A stretch of 26,494 nt of DNA, taken from the NCBI GenBank assembly GCA_020027415.1, contig JAHRAW010000047.1:1-26494 (forward strand), read 5' to 3'. Below, piece after piece: positions 1-8,051 of this stretch. The DNA comes from Gammaproteobacteria bacterium (lineage in GTDB: Bacteria > Pseudomonadota > Gammaproteobacteria > Arenicellales > Poriferihabitantaceae). A program made the translations under genes and the position numbers. The notes beneath the pieces were generated by a model, which saw only the letters and a program-made list of their open reading frames with translations, did no database searches and was not told where the DNA came from. Numbering within the stretch: the first letter of the stretch is position 1; each line of letters starts with the position of its first letter.

Positions 1-228
1 GGCGGAGCCATTGTGTTGTCCTACTTCGCCAACTACCTAATCAAACAAACCACTTGGCAAGGCAACTTGTTCACCTACGCCATGCCCACCAGCGATGATA
101 CCTTCGCCTACGGCATGCGCGTAAATCCCAATAAAAACTGGGAATTCGGGCTAAACATCACCGACCGTTCCTATGCCGAAACTCCGCAAGACCCGTACTA
201 CGATTTGAAAGTAGAATACCGCTTTTGA
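1..228 (+). CDS. 3' end of a probable outer-membrane beta-barrel protein (partial; 5' end outside window)
   Basis: Frame is open from base 1 to TGA 226-228. It shows alternating hydrophobic/polar strands (WEFGLNITD, YYDLKVEYRF) and ends in the aromatic YRF motif typical of BAM substrates. Confidence 0.6.
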   Translation, partial: GGAIVLSYFANYLIKQTTWQGNLFTYAMPTSDDTFAYGMRVNPNKNWEFGLNITDRSYAETPQDPYYDLKVEYRF

Positions 229-243
229 ATCCATAAGTACCGG

Positions 244-292
244 CGGGGGCGGTTTTGGCAATTCCCCGGAACCGAATGAAACTCCGCCCCCG
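244..292 (+). other. GC-rich stem-loop in the 3' UTR of the barrel gene
   Basis: Perfect 9-bp inverted repeat CGGGGGCGG (244-252) / CCGCCCCCG (284-292) with a ~31-nt loop and no U-tract. Confidence 0.5.
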
Positions 293-302
293 TCTGTGCA
301 TC

Positions 303-331
303 GCCCCCCATTTCATCGGGGGGCTTTTTTT
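303..331 (+). terminator. Rho-independent terminator
   Basis: GCCCCCC-atttcatc-GGGGGGC followed by TTTTTTT. Confidence 0.85.
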
Positions 332-339
332 GTTAGACT

Positions 340-379
340 TGGATTCTCGCAACCACACGCTTAAAACCGCGGGAATGAC
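340..379. repeat. REP/RPE-like palindromic element, degenerate
   Basis: TGGATTCTCGC...GCGGGAATGAC arms resemble the widespread TGGATTCCCGC-N-GCGGGAATGAC proteobacterial repeat (ATTCCC/GGGAAT core). The loop is 18 nt. Single copy in this window. Confidence 0.4.
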
Positions 380-400
380 GAGGTGGGCAAGGTGGGGGCT

Positions 401-409
401 TGCTATACT
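401..409 (+). promoter_or_regulatory. Extended -10 sigma70-type promoter
   Basis: TG-c-TATACT, 6 nt upstream of the ATG at 416. No Shine-Dalgarno in between. Confidence 0.5.
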
Positions 410-415
410 GCCCGC

Positions 416-1183
416 ATGCAAATTATCCCCTCCCTACTCCAATTTGACGGACTCGGCGTATTGGTTATTGCGGTGCTAATTGCCGGCATCGTGCGCGGGT
501 TTTCCGGGTTTGGCACGGCGTTGGTGTTTGTGCCGATTGCGGCGACGGTGGCGCCGCCGATTTGGGTTATTTTGATGATGATGATGTTTGATATCTTCGG
601 TCTGCTGTTTCTGCTGCCGCGCGCGTGGCGGGACGGCGAGCCCAAAGATGTCGCCGTGTTGGGCGTTGGCGCGCTCATCGCCCTGCCGTTAGGCGTGTAT
701 CTGCTCACCCGATTGGAGCCGAATTTATTCCGCTGGTTGGTTTCCACGTTGTCGTTTACGATGTTAGTTTTACTGCTGAGCGGCTGGCGTTACGGTCGCG
801 CATTAAACGCCGCGGCGACCATGTTGATCGGCATGCTCAGCGGGTTTTTGGCGGGCGTCGCCGCATTGCCCGGTCCGCCGGTCATCTTGTCTTATCTTTC
901 CAGTCCGCGCGCGCCGCAAGTGATTCGCGCCAACACTATGATGTATTTGTTCTTGGTGGATTTGTTAACCATGTTGGTGTTCGCCGTCAAAACCCTATTG
1001 GTTTGGTTGCCGTTGTTAATCGGTTTGTTGTTGGCGGCGCCGTATGCGCTCGGCGGCTATATCGGGCAGCGTATTTTCAATCCGCAACAAGAGGCGGTGT
1101 ATCGTAGGGTTGCGTACGCCATCATCGCCGTCAGCGCGCTCATCGGATTGCCAATTTGGGGGGCAATTTGGAGAGCAACTTAG
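416..1183 (+). CDS. Sulfite exporter TauE/SafE (TSUP, DUF81) family membrane protein
   Basis: Hydrophobic ~8-TM protein with two repeats of the family motif (AGIVRGFSGFG; SGFLAGVAALPGPP). Start placed at ATG 416. Confidence 0.88.
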   Translation: MQIIPSLLQFDGLGVLVIAVLIAGIVRGFSGFGTALVFVPIAATVAPPIWVILMMMMFDIFGLLFLLPRAWRDGEPKDVAVLGVGALIALPLGVYLLTRLEPNLFRWLVSTLSFTMLVLLLSGWRYGRALNAAATMLIGMLSGFLAGVAALPGPPVILSYLSSPRAPQVIRANTMMYLFLVDLLTMLVFAVKTLLVWLPLLIGLLLAAPYALGGYIGQRIFNPQQEAVYRRVAYAIIAVSALIGLPIWGAIWRAT

Positions 1184-1289
1184 AAATAGGGAAAGTTGCG
1201 TACACCGAAAAGCGGCTACCCGCGTGGTCGGTTTGTTCTAAACTAATTCTGCGTTGGCAGCCGCCGCCGCAGCCTACCGTTATGACCTC

Positions 1290-2771
1290 ATGAATCGTTC
1301 AGCAACCAATTGCCCGCCGCCGAGTCGTCAGTCGTTGGCGCGACGGTTGCGCAAATTTTTACCGCGCGATGCGGTGATTGCGCAACCGGAGGCGTTGCGC
1401 GTGTATGAATGCGACGGCTTGAGCGCGTATCGTCAGTTGCCGAAATTGGTCATCCTGCCGCGCACCGTGGCGCAGGTTCAACAAGTCATGCGGGTTTGCA
1501 ATGAACTGCGGGTGCCGGTGGTCAGCCGCGGCGCCGGCACCGGTCTTTCCGGCGGGGCGTTGCCGCACGCCGACGGCATCGTGTTGAGTTTGGCGAACAT
1601 GAATGCGTTGCTGCAAATTGATGCGGTGCATCGCACCGCGCGCGTGCAGCCGGGCATTCGCAATCTCGCGGTTTCTGAGGCGGTTAAGCATTTGGGGCTT
1701 TTTTATGCGCCCGACCCGTCATCGCAAATCGCTTGCACCATCGGCGGCAATGTGGCGGAAAACGCCGGCGGCGTGCATTGCTTGAAATACGGGCTAACCG
1801 TGCACAACATACTCAGCCTAACCATCGTCACCATAGACGGCGAGTTGCTCACCCTCGGCGGCGGTTTGGATGCGCCGGGATACGATTTGTTGGCGTTGCT
1901 GATTGGCTCGGAAGGCATGCTGGGGGTGGTGGTGGAAGTTACGCTGAAACTATTGCCGCTGCCGCAATCCGTGCAAGTGCTGTTGGCGGCGTTTGATACG
2001 GTGGAAAAAGCCGCCGACAGCGTCGCCGCGCTGATTGCCGACGGCATCATTGCGGCCGGCCTGGAAATGATGGATAACCCGGCGATTCGCGCGGCGGAGG
2101 ATTTCACCCAAGCCGGCTATCCCCGCGCCGCCGCCGCGTTGCTGTTATGCGAACTGGACGGCATCCCGCAGCAAGTGGCCGCCGAAGTCGCCGTCGCGCG
2201 GCGCATTTTTCAACAACACGGCGCGGTGGAAATCCGCGTGGCGCGCGATGAACACGAGCGGGCGAGGTTCTGGTCCGGGCGCAAAAATGCGTTTCCGGCG
2301 GTCGGGCGCATTACGCCGGATTACTATTGCATTGACGGCACCATTCCGCGTAAAGCGGTGGGCGCGGTGTTGCGTCAAATTGCGCGCTGGTCCGACGAGT
2401 ACGGATTGCCCGTCGCCAATGTGTTTCACGCCGGCGACGGCAACCTGCATCCGCTGATTTTGTATGACGCGAACCAACCCGGCGCGTTACAGAAAACCGA
2501 GCAACTCGGCGGCGAAATTCTGCGCTTGTGTTTAGCGGTTGGCGGCACGATTACCGGCGAACACGGGGTCGGCGTGGAAAAAGTGGGGGAGATGTGCGTG
2601 CAATTCAACGACCACGAGCGCGCGCAGATGCACGCCGTGCGCGAGGCGTTTGACCCCAAGCGGCTGTTAAACCCGGGCAAAGCCATTCCCACTTTGGCGC
2701 GCTGCGCGGAATACAACGCCATGCATGTGCATCGCGGGGCGACGCGGTTTGCGGAAATTGAACGCTTGTAG
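1290..2771 (+). CDS. glcD: Glycolate oxidase subunit GlcD (FAD-linked oxidase)
   Basis: Motifs RGAGTGLSGGALP, YAPDPSSQIACTIGGNVAENAGGVHCLKYGLT, HAGDGNLHP, GEHGVGVEK. Followed by glcE and glcF. Confidence 0.93.
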   Translation: MNRSATNCPPPSRQSLARRLRKFLPRDAVIAQPEALRVYECDGLSAYRQLPKLVILPRTVAQVQQVMRVCNELRVPVVSRGAGTGLSGGALPHADGIVLSLANMNALLQIDAVHRTARVQPGIRNLAVSEAVKHLGLFYAPDPSSQIACTIGGNVAENAGGVHCLKYGLTVHNILSLTIVTIDGELLTLGGGLDAPGYDLLALLIGSEGMLGVVVEVTLKLLPLPQSVQVLLAAFDTVEKAADSVAALIADGIIAAGLEMMDNPAIRAAEDFTQAGYPRAAAALLLCELDGIPQQVAAEVAVARRIFQQHGAVEIRVARDEHERARFWSGRKNAFPAVGRITPDYYCIDGTIPRKAVGAVLRQIARWSDEYGLPVANVFHAGDGNLHPLILYDANQPGALQKTEQLGGEILRLCLAVGGTITGEHGVGVEKVGEMCVQFNDHERAQMHAVREAFDPKRLLNPGKAIPTLARCAEYNAMHVHRGATRFAEIERL

Positions 2772-2788
2772 GTTGCGCTGCCAACCCG

Positions 2789-3934
2789 ATGTCAATGTCA
2801 ATACCAACGCCAACGCCCGAAGCGGATTGCCAACAAGCCTTACAACAACGCGTGCAAACCGCGTATGCACAGCGGCAACCGCAGCCGCTGTGCATCATCG
2901 GCGGCGACAGCAAGGCTTTCTATGGACGCGAAGCCGTTGGCGAACCGCTGCACGCCGGCGCGCATTGCGGAGTGCTGGATTATGACCCCTCCGAGTTGGT
3001 GATTACCGCGCGCGCCGGCACCCGCATGCACGCGGTGCAACAACTGCTGGCTGCGGAACAGCAGATGCTTGGTTTTGAGCCGCCGCGATTTTCCGCCACC
3101 ACCACCGTGGGCGGCGCGGTGGCGGCGGGGTTATCCGGACCGCGCCGTCCATACGCGGGCGCGGTGCGGGATTTTGTGTTAGGAGTCAAAATCATTAACG
3201 GCAAAGGGGAAGTCATGCGCTTCGGCGGTCAAGTGATGAAAAATGTCGCCGGTTTTGACATTGCCCGGTTGATGGTCGGCGCCATGGGAACTTTGGGCGT
3301 GTTGTTGGAGGTTTCCCTCAGAGTGATGCCGCAGCCGCAAGCGGAAACCACTTGCCGATTCGCGCACCGCCAACCGCAGCAAGCCATCGCCCTGTTCAAC
3401 CAATTGGCGGCGCGCCCGTTGCCGTTATCGGCGGCGGCGTGGAGCGACGGGACAACGCGCCTACGCTGGTCGGGCAATCAAGCCGCGGTGCGCAACGCCG
3501 TTCAATCTATCGGCGGCGAAGAGGAGTCGGACGCCGCCGGACGCGCCTTCTGGCGACAACTGAGGGACCATGACCTGCCATTTTTTGGCGGCGAACAACC
3601 GTTGTTGCGTTATGCGGTGCGCGCCGGCACGGAAGTGGAAGTGGAAGTTGAGCCGCGCAAAACGAATGCCAATGCAGACACGAATGCGAACGCCGCGCAA
3701 TTGTTGGATTGGGGCGGTGCGCAACGGTGGTTGCGCGGCGCGATCAACTTGGACGAACTACGCAAAATCGCCGCCGCGCACGGCGGGCATGTTACCCATT
3801 TTCGCCATGGCGACCGCCAAGGCGAAGTGTTTCAATCGCTCAGCGCGCCGTTGCACGCGCTGCACCGCCGCCTGAAACGCGCCTTTGACCCCGCTGGCAT
3901 CCTCAACCCGAGCCGCCTATACGCGGATTTGTGA
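2789..3934 (+). CDS. glcE: Glycolate oxidase FAD-binding subunit GlcE
   Basis: Motifs YDPSELVITARAGT, GGAVAAGLSGPRRP, GGQVMKNVAGFD, DWGGAQRW, FDPAGILNP. Lies between glcD and glcF. Confidence 0.92.
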   Translation: MSMSIPTPTPEADCQQALQQRVQTAYAQRQPQPLCIIGGDSKAFYGREAVGEPLHAGAHCGVLDYDPSELVITARAGTRMHAVQQLLAAEQQMLGFEPPRFSATTTVGGAVAAGLSGPRRPYAGAVRDFVLGVKIINGKGEVMRFGGQVMKNVAGFDIARLMVGAMGTLGVLLEVSLRVMPQPQAETTCRFAHRQPQQAIALFNQLAARPLPLSAAAWSDGTTRLRWSGNQAAVRNAVQSIGGEEESDAAGRAFWRQLRDHDLPFFGGEQPLLRYAVRAGTEVEVEVEPRKTNANADTNANAAQLLDWGGAQRWLRGAINLDELRKIAAAHGGHVTHFRHGDRQGEVFQSLSAPLHALHRRLKRAFDPAGILNPSRLYADL

Positions 3935-3935
3935 T

Positions 3936-5249
3936 ATGCAAACTTCGCTCAGCGCCGAATTCCAAAACACCGCGCCCGGACGGCAAGCAGAGAAAATCTT
4001 GCGCGCCTGCGTGCATTGCGGTCTTTGCAACGCCACCTGCCCCACCTATGAACTATTGGGCGACGAGCGGGATAGCCCGCGCGGGCGCATTTACCAGATG
4101 AAGCAACTCTTTGAAGGGCATGCGGTGAGCCGCAGCCTGCGGCTGCACCTGGACCGTTGCCTCCGCTGTCGGGCGTGCGAGACCACCTGCCCGTCTGGAG
4201 TGCAATACAACACGCTGTTAGAACTCAGCCACGCAACGCTGGACCGAAAACTGCCGCGCAGCCTCGGCGACCGCATGCGGCGGCGCGCGCTCGGGCGCTT
4301 CATCGCCAACGGCACCGGTTTTGCGCGCTTACTGCGACTGGGCTGGCGCTGCCGAAGGCTGCTGCCGACCGCGGTGCGCCGCTGGTTGCCGCCGCAACCA
4401 AGCCCGCAACCAAATCTAAATCCAGCCCCAGCGGGCACAAAATGGCCCCCGCGGCGGCATGCGCGCAAGATGATTGCGCTGGCTGGTTGTGTGCAGTCAG
4501 CGGCAACACCCAACACCAACCTAGCCGCCGCCCGCGTGCTGGACCGACTGGGCATTTCGTTGTTTGAAGTCGGCGCGGCGCGCTGCTGCGGGGCGGCGCA
4601 ATTGCATACCGGCGGGCATACCGGCGGCGAACCCGCTGGGCTGGCGGCGGCGCGGGCGTTGATTGATCAGTGGTTGCCGCACCTGCAAAGCGGCGCCGAA
4701 GCCATCGTGATGACGGCGAGCGGTTGCGGCCTCACCATCAAGGAGTATCCGCAGTGGTTTGCGAATGAGCCTGCCTACCGCGAAAAAGCGCGCCAAATCA
4801 GCGCAAAAACGCTTGACCTCAGCGAGGTGGTGGCGCGGGAACTGCCGCATGATTATGCGCCCGCGCGCCGGCAGGAATCGCCGCGTAAAGTCGCCTTCCA
4901 CGCGCCATGCACTTTGCAGCATGGGCAGCGCACGCGCGGGGTGGTGGAAGCGATGCTAACGCGGGGCGGTTATACGCTGTGCGAAGTGCGCGATGCGCAT
5001 TTGTGTTGCGGCGCCGCCGGCACCTATTCCATTTTGCAGCCGAAACTTGCCGCGCAGTTGCGACAAAATAAACAAGCCGCGCTCGCCGCATCGGGCGCGC
5101 AAGTGGTATGCACCGCCAATGTCGGCTGTCAGATGCACTTAGGGATGAATTTCACGCAAGGGACGAATTCCACGCAATCAGTAGTGCACTGGATTGAGTT
5201 GCTGGAACGAGTTTTGCCGCCGCAAATCAACACCAACGCAAATGGTTAG
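3936..5249 (+). CDS. glcF: Glycolate oxidase iron-sulfur subunit GlcF
   Basis: Two 4Fe-4S motifs (CVHCGLCNATCP, CLRCRACETTCP) and two CCG domains (RCCGAA, LCCGAAGTY). Start placed at ATG 3936, right after the glcE stop. Confidence 0.93.
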   Translation: MQTSLSAEFQNTAPGRQAEKILRACVHCGLCNATCPTYELLGDERDSPRGRIYQMKQLFEGHAVSRSLRLHLDRCLRCRACETTCPSGVQYNTLLELSHATLDRKLPRSLGDRMRRRALGRFIANGTGFARLLRLGWRCRRLLPTAVRRWLPPQPSPQPNLNPAPAGTKWPPRRHARKMIALAGCVQSAATPNTNLAAARVLDRLGISLFEVGAARCCGAAQLHTGGHTGGEPAGLAAARALIDQWLPHLQSGAEAIVMTASGCGLTIKEYPQWFANEPAYREKARQISAKTLDLSEVVARELPHDYAPARRQESPRKVAFHAPCTLQHGQRTRGVVEAMLTRGGYTLCEVRDAHLCCGAAGTYSILQPKLAAQLRQNKQAALAASGAQVVCTANVGCQMHLGMNFTQGTNSTQSVVHWIELLERVLPPQINTNANG

Positions 5250-5896
5250 CGGGAATCGGCAAACTTGCGCGCCTTCCACACGCTCGGCAACACCCACATC
5301 GCCAACGCAATTTTCAGCGCATCGCCAAGTAGGAACGGATACAACCCCCACTGCAGAATCGGTTGCTCCCACCCGAGCAACGCCCCCAACCACAACAAGC
5401 CGGCGGCATACATGATGAGATTGCCGACTAACATAGCGGCGCAAGTGGTGGACACGCGCCGGTCCCAGCCTCGTTCGGCAAGATAACCGCACGCGGCGGC
5501 GGCTACTACAAAGCCCGCCAAATATCCGCCAGTTGGTCCCATCATATAGGCGAAGCCGAGCCCCTGTTGCGGGGTGGCGGCAAACACCGGCAAACCAATT
5601 GCGCCTTGCGCGAGATACAGCAACACGGTCAGCGCGCCTAATTTCCAGCCATACGCGAAGCCGATGAGCAAGACCACAAAAGTTTGCATGGTCAGCGGCA
5701 CCGGGTAAAACGGAATTTGCACCTTCGCCGACAAGGTTAGCAACAGAGTTCCGCCGATCGCTAACATTAAGTTGCGCCCTAAGTCTCGGACTTGGTTGCG
5801 GAATTGATTTTGATTTTGGGCTTGGCTTGGGCTTGCCCACAATTGGGAACCCAAGGTTGGATATTTGAAGCCGTGCGGCATGCTGTGAGCGTTCAT
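5246..5896 (-). CDS. bioY: Biotin transporter BioY (ECF S-component)
   Basis: Motifs PFYPVPLTMQT, GLPVFA, GPTGGYLAGF, PFLLGDALK. Start could alternatively be ATG 5881. Confidence 0.92.
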   Translation of the reverse strand: MNAHSMPHGFKYPTLGSQLWASPSQAQNQNQFRNQVRDLGRNLMLAIGGTLLLTLSAKVQIPFYPVPLTMQTFVVLLIGFAYGWKLGALTVLLYLAQGAIGLPVFAATPQQGLGFAYMMGPTGGYLAGFVVAAAACGYLAERGWDRRVSTTCAAMLVGNLIMYAAGLLWLGALLGWEQPILQWGLYPFLLGDALKIALAMWVLPSVWKARKFADSR

Positions 5897-5954
5897 AAAT
5901 CTAACTCGGATGGTCGGTTGGGGCTGAATGAGGTACGGTAATTAGGCTCGTATG

Positions 5955-7487
5955 CTAACGCAATTTACGCCGCCCAAGCAACCACCCGAAACCGATCAAC
6001 AGCGCGCTGAACAGCAACGCCGGGCGGTCGCCAAACTGGACATAGGGGGTGCTGCCGGCGCGCGGTTGCACTTTGGCGGTGAGCACGGTTTTTACGAATT
6101 GCGGCGCCACCTCATCCAAACCGCCGCGCCAATTGATGACCGACGACAAGCCGTTGTTGGAGGAGCGAATCATCGGGCGCGCGCTTTCCAACGAGCGGAA
6201 GCGCGCCATCTGTAGGCGCTGATGCGGGGCGAACGAATCACCAAACCACATGTCCTCGCTGACATTGAGCAACACCCCGGCGCTTGCCACCTGCTCGCGC
6301 CAAGTTTGGGGGAAGGCGTCTTCGTAACAAATGGAAGCCGCAAAGCGGTTGCCGGCGGCGCGCAACGGCGCTTGCGGCGCGCGCCACGAGGCGAAATCGG
6401 ACATGGGAATGTTGAGCCGCGCGAATAACGGCTGAAACAACCATTTCATCGGTAAAAATTCGCCGAACGGCACCAGATGCCGCTTGTGATACAGCATCGT
6501 CCGGTCGGCACCGGTAAACGCGGCGATGCTATTGAATGACTCGCCTTGCCCGCGGTCCGCTTGTCCGCCCGTTTGCGCATCCTTTTTCGCTGGGCGACTC
6601 TCGCCCAGCGTCAGTGCGCCAAAAATAAAGTCGGCCGGATGCGCGCGCAGTTGGCGGTGGAAATCGGCGGGCAGGCGATGCAGATACTCCGGCACCGCGG
6701 CTTCGGGCCACACCACTAAATCCACATCGCGGTGGCGCGCGCTTTGCGCGAGATAGTCGGCGATAATTTGCGCGCGTTGGCGCGGCTGCCATTTGTGCTG
6801 CAACGGCACATTATTTTGCACGATGGCGACCGAGATTTCCGCGCCCTGCGGTTGCGTCCACGGCGCGGTAGCAAGTTGCCACCCACCCAACCAGCCCAAG
6901 CCAAGCAACGATGACAGCAGCAAGTTGTCCCACGACCATTCCAGCAACAACGCCAACAACGCGCCGGCGCTCATCAACGCCAACAAGCCGACCAGATAAA
7001 CCCCGCCAAGCGGCGCCAGCCCGGCGAGAGGGGTGTCTAACATCGCATAACCGCCGGTGAGCCACGGGAAGCCGGTGCACAGCCAGCCGCGCAACCATTC
7101 ACCCAACAACCAGATGCTCGGCATAATCAAAATGGCGCGCATGGTCGTCGCGTGCGGCGCGGTGGCGCGATAAAGGACGTAGGACTGCAACCAGCCAGCC
7201 AGCGCCGGCAACAGCGATACCGCCGCCACCAACAGCGCCACGCACAAGCCGGCAAGCCATGGCGGCAAGCCGCCGAAATTGTGCAAACTGACATAAATCC
7301 ACGAGGTGCCGAGCCCGAACATCCCCACTCCAAACACAAACCCATACCAAGCGGCGGCACCGCGCTTCGCGCGCAACCACAGCCCAAATAGAACGGCGAA
7401 GCTGAGCAGGCACAGCAACCACCAGCCAAACGGGGCAAAGGCAAGCGCATTCAAGGCGCCGGCGAGCAATGCGAGTAAAGTTTTCAT
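5955..7487 (-). CDS. lnt: Apolipoprotein N-acyltransferase
   Basis: N-terminal TM domain (LAFAPF, GFPW). Nitrilase-fold triad in WPEAA, YHKRHLVPFGE and ICYED. Also NVSEDMWFG and RSSNNGLS. Confidence 0.94.
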   Translation of the reverse strand: MKTLLALLAGALNALAFAPFGWWLLCLLSFAVLFGLWLRAKRGAAAWYGFVFGVGMFGLGTSWIYVSLHNFGGLPPWLAGLCVALLVAAVSLLPALAGWLQSYVLYRATAPHATTMRAILIMPSIWLLGEWLRGWLCTGFPWLTGGYAMLDTPLAGLAPLGGVYLVGLLALMSAGALLALLLEWSWDNLLLSSLLGLGWLGGWQLATAPWTQPQGAEISVAIVQNNVPLQHKWQPRQRAQIIADYLAQSARHRDVDLVVWPEAAVPEYLHRLPADFHRQLRAHPADFIFGALTLGESRPAKKDAQTGGQADRGQGESFNSIAAFTGADRTMLYHKRHLVPFGEFLPMKWLFQPLFARLNIPMSDFASWRAPQAPLRAAGNRFAASICYEDAFPQTWREQVASAGVLLNVSEDMWFGDSFAPHQRLQMARFRSLESARPMIRSSNNGLSSVINWRGGLDEVAPQFVKTVLTAKVQPRAGSTPYVQFGDRPALLFSALLIGFGWLLGRRKLR

Positions 7488-7560
7488 TGGATTTTATCGG
7501 CAAGGCGGCGCGCAAATGCGCCCATTTTCGCAACTCGCGGGCGGTGGGCGGCTGGCGGCG

Positions 7561-8016
7561 TTACGCCGCCAGGGGACGAATCGCCATCCCAATTTCCGCC
7601 ATGATGGCTCGTTCCAGCGCTTCCATCTGTTCGGCTGGCGCTGGTAGTTGATGGTCAAAGCCGCACAAATGCAACGTGCCATGGATCGTTAAATGCGCCC
7701 AATGTTGCAGCGGCGGCAGGCGGTGGGTGGCGGCGTACGCAGCCACCAGCGGCGCGCAAATTACCACATCTCCCAAGATCTTCAGCGGCAACCCGGCAAT
7801 CGCTTCAAACGGAAAAGACAATACATCGGTGGCGTCGCGCCGATTGCGATAACGCTGATTGAGCGCCGCCATTTCGGCGCGCGCAACCACGCGCACGGTG
7901 ATTTCCCCAGCCGGGCGCGCAATTTCTTGTAAAGCCGCGGTGACCCAGCCTTGAAACTGGCGGCGGGTCGGAATTGGAGGCGCCGACGCGCAAGCAATTT
8001 GTAGTTGTAGTTGCAT
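7561..8016 (-). CDS. ybeY: rRNA maturation endoribonuclease YbeY
   Basis: Motifs LNQRYR, TDVLSFPF, LGDVVIC and the zinc-binding HGTLHLCGFDH. Start at ATG 8016 (alternative 8034). Confidence 0.93.
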   Translation of the reverse strand: MQLQLQIACASAPPIPTRRQFQGWVTAALQEIARPAGEITVRVVARAEMAALNQRYRNRRDATDVLSFPFEAIAGLPLKILGDVVICAPLVAAYAATHRLPPLQHWAHLTIHGTLHLCGFDHQLPAPAEQMEALERAIMAEIGMAIRPLAA

Positions 8017-8051
8017 CGGTCGTCTCAGTTGCATCAGTCGCCGCGGGCGTC

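Noticed and set aside
7482-7510. Internal promoter for lnt (TAAAAT on the minus strand)
   Set aside because: The hexamer is only 3 nt from the ATG and has no properly spaced -35 or extended -10.
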